The translations under genes and the position numbers were made by a program. Source: an uncultured Bryobacterales bacterium (GTDB lineage: Bacteria > Acidobacteriota > Terriglobia > Bryobacterales > UBA6623). Taken from it: a DNA stretch of 64,000 nt. The DNA lies in assembly GCA_958295955.1 (NCBI GenBank), contig OY282420.1:150236-214235 (forward strand), written 5' to 3'. The notes under the pieces were generated by a model. It was not told where the DNA came from and searched no databases. It was given only the letters and a program-made list of their open reading frames with translations. Positions 35,830-41,786 of this stretch are shown one piece after another (the first letter of the stretch is position 1; each line of letters starts with the position of its first letter).

Positions 35830-35971
35830 GAGTGCGGCGGGGAATCTCCCATTCTATCGACGGCAGGGAACGCTCCGCGGACATGGGCCGGACTGCGCAA
35901 TGATATATTAGGGCCGAAAGTCGATTCCTCCTTCAGCCTATTGGCAAAGCGCGGCGCTGCAATTCCGGACC

Positions 35972-36892
35972 GTGGATTTCGATCAGCTACACACCTTCCT
36001 TGAGATCGTCCGCTTGAAGAGTTTTTCAAAGGCGGCGCAAACGTGCTTCCGCACGCAGCCGGCGATCAGCGCGCAAATCCGCCAGATGGAGCAGGAGCTC
36101 GGCACGCAGCTTTTCGAGAGATTCGGCAGCCGCATCTCATTGACCGTCGCGGGCAAGACGTTCGCCGAGTACTCCCGTAATATCCTCGACCTCAAGAAAC
36201 AGGGCTTCGACGCGGTCCGCGAGCTCGACCGCATCCCCCGCGGCGAGGTTGTCATCGCCGCCAACGAAGCTACCTGCGTCAACGTCCTGCCCGGCGTGTT
36301 CGCCAATTTCAAGAGCCGCTTCCCCAACGTGCAGGTTCAGGTCGTGCGCTCGTACGCCTCGCGCACGATCGAATCCGTCTTGGACAACTCGGTGGATTTC
36401 GGCATCACCCAGTTGCCGCTTTCCGAAAAGAAGCTGGTCATGGTGCAGATTCACTCGGACGAAATCTGCTTGCTGGTTTCCCCGAAGCACCGTTTCGCGC
36501 AACGCAAGGCCGTCAGCGCGCAAGAAATCTCGAAAGAAGAATTGATCCTGCCCAAGAGCGGGCGCACGCGCGCGCGGATCGACGAGTATCTCGACGCTTA
36601 CGAGGACGACCTCAACATCTCGATGGAATTGGACTCCAGCGAGATGCTCAAGCACTTCGCCATGGCCGATCTCGGCGTCACTTTCCTGGCCGCGGCGCAC
36701 GCGCGGGAAGAAATTGCGGCAGGCCGCCTGAAAGCCGTGCGCTTGCAGCCGTTGCCGATGATTCGCACCATAGGACTCATCTACCGCAAAGACAAAGCGC
36801 TTTCCCGCGCCGCTCTCGGTTTTATCGAGGTGGTCGGCGAGTTCGCCCGCGAAACGAACTCTGCTTCGCTCGCGGTGAAAAAAGCGTCCTGA
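35972..36892 (+). CDS. LysR-family transcriptional regulator
   Basis: 306 aa with a GTG start. The N-terminal wHTH reads LHTFLEIVRLKSFSKAAQTCFRTQPAISAQIRQMEQELG, followed by a substrate-binding-domain-length C-terminus. Confidence 0.9.
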   Translation: MDFDQLHTFLEIVRLKSFSKAAQTCFRTQPAISAQIRQMEQELGTQLFERFGSRISLTVAGKTFAEYSRNILDLKKQGFDAVRELDRIPRGEVVIAANEATCVNVLPGVFANFKSRFPNVQVQVVRSYASRTIESVLDNSVDFGITQLPLSEKKLVMVQIHSDEICLLVSPKHRFAQRKAVSAQEISKEELILPKSGRTRARIDEYLDAYEDDLNISMELDSSEMLKHFAMADLGVTFLAAAHAREEIAAGRLKAVRLQPLPMIRTIGLIYRKDKALSRAALGFIEVVGEFARETNSASLAVKKAS

Positions 36893-36916
36893 AGCGGGGG
36901 GCGCGGCAGCGCGGCT

Positions 36917-38197
36917 CTATCCGAATCCGTAGCTCGTCAGCCCCGCCGACAGCTTGGGGTAGAAATCCGTCGATTTCTGCGGCATGACCCGCCCGGAAAA
37001 ACAGACCTCCGCAACTTTTCGCACCGAAACCGGACGCAGCAGGAAAGCGACCTGAGCGGAACCGGAAGTTACCTTCGCCGCGGCGGCGCGCAAGCCGCGC
37101 ACGTAGGAAATGTTCTTGAGCTCGAAGACGTCCTGCTCCGAGACGCCCAGGACCGGCGCCAGAAGCGCTTTGTGCAGGATGACGACATCCAGGCCGAGCT
37201 CCGTCTCGGTCAAGGTTGCGCGCAGGCGGTCGGCCGCCTCGGGTTTTATGGAGAAGAGGTATGCCGCCGGGTCTCGCGCGAACACGGCGCCGATCGCCGA
37301 TCGCTCCGGCGGCGCGGCGTTGAGCGCGCGCTCGAGCGCGGCGGGCGACTCGAACCGCATAATCTCGAAGTCCTGCGAGGCGCGCGCGCGGACAGCCGCG
37401 GCGTCGAAATCCGCAAGACCCGCCAGGACGCGGTGCGTCGCCAGGACAACAAGCCCTGCGGAGCTCATGTTGACGTAAGTCATCATGGCCCGGCCCGCCC
37501 CGGGCAGGTCGGGGTTTTCGCGGCGGTAGGCGAGGGCCGTCTCGTAACGGTGATGGCCGTCGGCGATCATCAGCTTCTTGTCGGCCATCAGTTGTTGGAT
37601 CCGCGCCGCCGCGCCGGGGTTCGAGATGCGCCACATGCGGTGCGTCACGCCGCCCTCGCGGGCTTCGACCAGGGGCTCGCCTTGCGCGGCTTCGTCCAGC
37701 AGAGCGTCGATGCGCTGCTGCGGATCGTCATAGAGCATGAACAGTTGGCCGAAGTGCGCGCACGTATGCCGCGTCAGCTCGAGCCGGTCGAGCTTGGGGC
37801 CTTTGTGCGTCAGTTCGTGGCCGTGAACGATTCCCTCCGAGTACTCGGCAAGCTCCGTAAGGCCGATAAAACCCTTGCGGACGAAAGTCCTGCCGCTCTC
37901 GGGATGCGCAAATTCCTGAAAGTACGGATAGAAGGAAGGCGCGTCGTCCTCGGCAACGATTCCGTCTGCAATCCACTGCCGGAGCGACGCCGCGGCGCGC
38001 GTATAAACGTTGTCGTCAGCAGAGTCTGAGCGCTCGGGCCTGGGTTTGATCAAGCGGACGAAGTTGTACGGGCCGGCGGCATAGTACCGTTCGCGCAACG
38101 CGTCCGGTATCTTGTCGTAAGGCTGTGTCAGCAGGTCGGCGGGGTTGCCCGCCTTCGCCGTATAGCGCAGGGCGCGGAACGGAAAGATATTCGCCAT
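36917..38197 (-). CDS. DUF1015 domain-containing protein
   Basis: 426 aa. MANIFPFRALRYT...LLTQPYDKI... and IADGHHRYETAL motifs typical of DUF1015. Confidence 0.85.
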   Translation of the reverse strand: MANIFPFRALRYTAKAGNPADLLTQPYDKIPDALRERYYAAGPYNFVRLIKPRPERSDSADDNVYTRAAASLRQWIADGIVAEDDAPSFYPYFQEFAHPESGRTFVRKGFIGLTELAEYSEGIVHGHELTHKGPKLDRLELTRHTCAHFGQLFMLYDDPQQRIDALLDEAAQGEPLVEAREGGVTHRMWRISNPGAAARIQQLMADKKLMIADGHHRYETALAYRRENPDLPGAGRAMMTYVNMSSAGLVVLATHRVLAGLADFDAAAVRARASQDFEIMRFESPAALERALNAAPPERSAIGAVFARDPAAYLFSIKPEAADRLRATLTETELGLDVVILHKALLAPVLGVSEQDVFELKNISYVRGLRAAAAKVTSGSAQVAFLLRPVSVRKVAEVCFSGRVMPQKSTDFYPKLSAGLTSYGFG

Positions 38198-38325
38198 GGG
38201 GTGACGCCTCGGCTGGAAAACCGGAACCGGGCGAAGCGCAAGCCGCGGCGCCGACGGCTCAATGGCTCAGGATAGCGCATTTCCGTTACCGGGCCGCGCC
38301 GTGAAATCCCGTACCATGAAAGTTC

Positions 38326-39177
38326 ATGAGACTCGTCACCTACTCGCATCGAGAGCGTTCGGCGGCCCTGGGCATGGTCGTCGACGGCCGCGTGATCGAC
38401 CTCGCGGACATCGGCTACAACGATATTCTCCGCTTCCTGGAGGAAGGCGGCAAGGCCGTGCGGCGCGCCGAGCGGTTCGCGAAGATCGCCGAGGAAGGAC
38501 CTCGCTTCGAGGATGTCAAGCTGCATGCGCCCGTGCCGCGGCCCGGCAAGTTTATCTGCATCGGGTTGAATTACAAAGACCACGCGGTCGAATCCGGTAT
38601 GGAAATCCCGGAGTTGCCGACCGTTTTCACGAAGTATTCGAACGCGGTGTGCGGCCACGGCGATCCGATCGTCCTTCCCGCTGTCTCGAAAAAGGTCGAT
38701 TACGAGGCGGAGTTGGCGTTCGTGATCGGCCGCCGGGCGAAGAACGTCAAAGCCGCCGACTGGGGAGATTACGTTTTCGGCTATGCCTGCGTCCACGACG
38801 TCAGCGCGCGGGACTATCAACTGGCGACTTCGCAGTGGACCATCGGCAAGACGTTCGATACGTTCGGGCCGATGGGGCCGGCGCTGGTGAGCAAAGACGA
38901 GGTAGCCGATCCGCACAATCTGCGGATCGGCTTCGACCTCAACGGAGAAACGCTGCAAGACTCGAACACCAAGCAGTTCGTCTTCGATATCCCTTATCTC
39001 GTCGCGTACCTTTCGACGGTAATGACTCTCGAACCGGGCGACGTGATCTCGACCGGCACGCCTCCGGGAGTCGGTTTTGCCCGCAAGCCGCCGGTGTTCC
39101 TCAAGCCGGGCGACGAGTGCGTCGTTTGGATCGAGGGCATCGGCGCATTAAGCAATCCCTGTATCGGCGATGACTGA
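38326..39177 (+). CDS. fumarylacetoacetate hydrolase (FAH) family protein
   Basis: 283 aa. PGKFICIGLNYKDHA, VDYEAELAFVIG and FDIPYLVAYLSTVMTLEPGDVISTGTPPGVG motifs. Confidence 0.9.
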   Translation: MRLVTYSHRERSAALGMVVDGRVIDLADIGYNDILRFLEEGGKAVRRAERFAKIAEEGPRFEDVKLHAPVPRPGKFICIGLNYKDHAVESGMEIPELPTVFTKYSNAVCGHGDPIVLPAVSKKVDYEAELAFVIGRRAKNVKAADWGDYVFGYACVHDVSARDYQLATSQWTIGKTFDTFGPMGPALVSKDEVADPHNLRIGFDLNGETLQDSNTKQFVFDIPYLVAYLSTVMTLEPGDVISTGTPPGVGFARKPPVFLKPGDECVVWIEGIGALSNPCIGDD

Positions 39178-39328
39178 CAACCGCATCCAATACGTCAAAT
39201 CGGGCATCACGTTCGGAACCGCCCTGGCGATCGCGATCTCCTGGTCGCAAAACCACTCGATCGTCTGGGCCATCATTCACGGCCTGCTCGGTTGGGCGTA
39301 CGTGATCTACTACGCGCTGTTCTACTGA
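39170..39328 (+). CDS. 52-aa two-helix small membrane protein (hypothetical)
   Basis: Hand translation gives MTDNRIQYVKSGITFGTALAIAISWSQNHSIVWAIIHGLLGWAYVIYYALFY. Its ATG overlaps the FAH stop (ATGACTGA). It is below the ORF-track length cut-off. Confidence 0.45.
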   Translation: MTDNRIQYVKSGITFGTALAIAISWSQNHSIVWAIIHGLLGWAYVIYYALFY

Positions 39329-39424
39329 GCCGCAGGGGGAGCGAAGGAGCGATTCGCCTGGCCTGGAATCAAGAAGCGTCCGAGATCGCTTGACGCAAAT
39401 TTCGGGAGAAAAGCGGACTTGAAA

Positions 39425-40207
39425 ATGCCTATTACGGTTGACCTCTCCGCTTCGCTCGAATACCGGAAGCGTCTTAAGGATTACTGTTCAGCCAATGTTC
39501 TTACACCGGATCTTAAGTTCGTCTGCAAGTACGAAAAGAAGTGCCGTTTTTCGGCGGAAGAACTTGATAATAGTTTCGCCCCCGGCCAACTCAGCTATGT
39601 CGGCGACGGATACGCGGCCGAGGAGAACGGCATCCCGATGCGCATCCTCATCGTCTCCTTACAAGTAGGTACGAACGAGGTTATCTCGATGGAGCGACGC
39701 CGCGAGCAGATACTCGGCCGCATGTCTGGGAAAAGGAATCCCCACATGCGTGGAGTTACGCGCACTCTGCAAGCCCTGTGGAATATCCGGGATAGCAAAG
39801 TTGAGCGTATCGATGACGATCAGCACGTTCTTGAAGCTTACGCGATGGCCAACTCGACTCTGTGCTCGAATCTACCGACCGATGGAAAGTCGCGCAAAGG
39901 CGAACCGACGGATTGCATGTGGCTCAAATGCAGTTCCCATCTCCGTCGAACGGTCGAATTACTGGAGCCGACGATCATCGTAACTCAAGGCCAAAAAGCT
40001 CCCAAGGAATCGATCGAGAAGATTACCGACAAACGAACGCAGATCGCTGGCAGTATCGAGCGTGTCACGGTCGGCAGAGTGGAAGCGATCTGGAGCCGGT
40101 TCGATCATCCGTCGGCTTGGAGATTCAAAAGGAATTACCTTTCAGATGTCGTAGAGCCCACACTGCAGAAGGTCCGCGAACTCGCCCTCTCAGGTGGTTG
40201 CAAATAA
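39425..40207 (+). CDS. divergent uracil-DNA-glycosylase-superfamily protein (family 4/5-like Fe-S type, non-canonical motif A)
   Basis: 260 aa from ATG 39425. SYVGDGY...MRILIVSLQVG sits where UDG motif A (GEAPG) lies. AMANSTLCSNLP-X-DCMWLKCSSHL...PTIIVTQGQKA has C-X16-C spacing like the Fe-S ligands of family 4/5 UDGs. FDHPSAW sits where motif B (HPS) lies. The gene is low-GC with A/T-ending codons. Confidence 0.65.
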   Translation: MPITVDLSASLEYRKRLKDYCSANVLTPDLKFVCKYEKKCRFSAEELDNSFAPGQLSYVGDGYAAEENGIPMRILIVSLQVGTNEVISMERRREQILGRMSGKRNPHMRGVTRTLQALWNIRDSKVERIDDDQHVLEAYAMANSTLCSNLPTDGKSRKGEPTDCMWLKCSSHLRRTVELLEPTIIVTQGQKAPKESIEKITDKRTQIAGSIERVTVGRVEAIWSRFDHPSAWRFKRNYLSDVVEPTLQKVRELALSGGCK

Positions 40208-40559
40208 GAGTTGCAAGTCTCTTTCGAGTGTGAGCCACCGGATGATTCCCGACGTTGCGATCTTGCTATGGGAAGGCGAACGTTTGGCGTCCGTGCTCGT
40301 GTTCGATCCGAAATACAAGCGCGACGGGCAGAAACCGGTCATGGGAGACATTGACAAGATGCATACGTACAGGGACGGCATTCGCGACTCGGATGGAAAG
40401 CGGGTCGTGACATACGCCGCAATCGTCTATCCGGGCGAGAGCGTAGATTATGCCGGCCAAGTGGGAGCGGTTTCCGCCGTACCGGGCCACGCATCGCCCT
40501 CGAATGCCGTTCGCGGCAAGGTCGCGGCTGCGCTTTCGCAGGCGGCTTCGCAGCGGTAG
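40194..40559 (+). CDS. minimal PD-(D/E)xK nuclease ORF, McrC / DUF524-type core (possibly a gene remnant)
   Basis: RMIPDVAILLWEGERLASVLVFDPKYKRDGQKPVMGDIDKMHTYRDGIRDSDGKRVVTYAAIVYPG shows the PD...D-x-K-Y-K...KMHxYRD pattern. The frame is closed upstream by TAG at 40152-40154. Possible starts are GTG 40194 or ATG 40242. It overlaps the UDG-like ORF by 14 nt. Confidence 0.5.
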   Translation: MVANKSCKSLSSVSHRMIPDVAILLWEGERLASVLVFDPKYKRDGQKPVMGDIDKMHTYRDGIRDSDGKRVVTYAAIVYPGESVDYAGQVGAVSAVPGHASPSNAVRGKVAAALSQAASQR

Positions 40560-40583
40560 AATTGACTGCAACCCAAGTAGGCC

Positions 40584-41171
40584 GTGTACCGCTGGATCAA
40601 AAAATTGCACATTTACGCCGGTCTGCTGAGCTTCAGCGGCTTCACGGTCTGGGGCATCGTCGGGATTTGGGCGACCTTTCTGCCGGCTCCCGCCGAGCGG
40701 ATCCGACCGGATCCGCAAATCCGCACGGTCGCCTTCAGCGTGGACGGTTCCGCCACGGACCAACAAATCACCGACGCGATGATCGCCGCGTCCGGCTTGC
40801 CCTTCATCCAACCCGGACGCAAGCCGAACCGCGACCCGCAGGGCCGCCTGCAGGTGCGCTATCTGACGCCCAACGGCACGCGCCGCATCCTGCTGCTCGA
40901 GAAGGAAAACAAAATCCGCATCGAACAGGTTGCGAGCCCGTTTGCGGGATTTTTGAACATCATGCACTTCCAGACGTTCAACCATCACAACCCCGGATGG
41001 GAAGTACGGATGTGGGGCGCTTACAACGAATTCTCGATGTGGGCGGTCATTTTCATGACGTTATCCGGTTTTTATCTGTGGCTGGCGACGCGGCCGCGCA
41101 TGCAATGGGCGTTGTGGACGCTCGGCCTCTCGACTCTTGCCTTCGCCGCCCTCTACGTGAGCTTGAGGTGA
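40584..41171 (+). CDS. PepSY-associated-TM-like membrane protein, paralogue 1
   Basis: 195 aa with a GTG start. MYRWIKKLHIYAGLL (TM1) is followed by a ~90-aa extracytoplasmic segment, then IMHFQ and two C-terminal TM helices with GFYLW. Confidence 0.7.
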   Translation: MYRWIKKLHIYAGLLSFSGFTVWGIVGIWATFLPAPAERIRPDPQIRTVAFSVDGSATDQQITDAMIAASGLPFIQPGRKPNRDPQGRLQVRYLTPNGTRRILLLEKENKIRIEQVASPFAGFLNIMHFQTFNHHNPGWEVRMWGAYNEFSMWAVIFMTLSGFYLWLATRPRMQWALWTLGLSTLAFAALYVSLR

Positions 41172-41175
41172 CGCC

Positions 41176-41757
41176 GTGTATCGCCTGATGCGCAACATTC
41201 ACTTGATTCTCGGGCTGGTCTTCGCGCTCGCTTTGGGCGTCTATCTGTTGAGCTCGGTGCGTCTTGCGCACCGCTCGTGGTTCTCCGCCGCCCCTACGGT
41301 CACCGAACATACGTATCCGGTCGACCCCGAGCGCGCCGCGACCCCGCGGGCCCTGGGGCAGTACTTGATCGAAGAGCACGGGATACGGGGCGAAATTGCC
41401 CGCGTGCAGCCTGCGCAAGACGGAAAGTTCAGCCTGCTGATTCGGCGCCTCGGAACCGGATACCAAGTGCGTTACGACGAAGGAGCTGCGCAGGCCCTCG
41501 TCCGGGAGAGCAAGCAAGCCTTCACCGGCATGTTGCTGAGCATGCACTTCGCGCACGGCTTTTGGCATGAGAACGCGACGATCAACGTGTGGGGCGCCGT
41601 GTTGTTGCTGACTTCGATCGGACTGTTCGCAATAGGCGTCACGGGCATCTATCTGTGGTTCAAGACCTACGACGAGCGCCTGATCGGATCCGTCTTGCTG
41701 GGCGCGGGTCTCGTCTTCGCCTTCGTGTCCCTGTACCTGGTCCGCAGCCAAGGGTAG
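41176..41757 (+). CDS. PepSY-associated-TM-like membrane protein, paralogue 2
   Basis: 193 aa with a GTG start. Same layout as paralogue 1 (MYRLMRNIHLILGLV, SMHFAHG, GIYLW). It lies 4 nt after paralogue 1. Confidence 0.7.
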   Translation: MYRLMRNIHLILGLVFALALGVYLLSSVRLAHRSWFSAAPTVTEHTYPVDPERAATPRALGQYLIEEHGIRGEIARVQPAQDGKFSLLIRRLGTGYQVRYDEGAAQALVRESKQAFTGMLLSMHFAHGFWHENATINVWGAVLLLTSIGLFAIGVTGIYLWFKTYDERLIGSVLLGAGLVFAFVSLYLVRSQG

Positions 41758-41786
41758 CATCCGCGCCCGATAATGGGCGGCCGCGG

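Noticed and set aside
39438-40233. Alternative-frame ORFs inside the UDG-like gene (39438-39668, 39750-39983, 39862-40233 on the plus strand, and 39595-39798 on the minus strand), plus the 240-aa antisense ORF 40266-40988.
   Set aside because: They have no recognisable motifs. The frame beginning at 39425 carries the coherent UDG-like motif series. The antisense ORF is Arg-rich and overlaps the nuclease and PepSY-TM genes.
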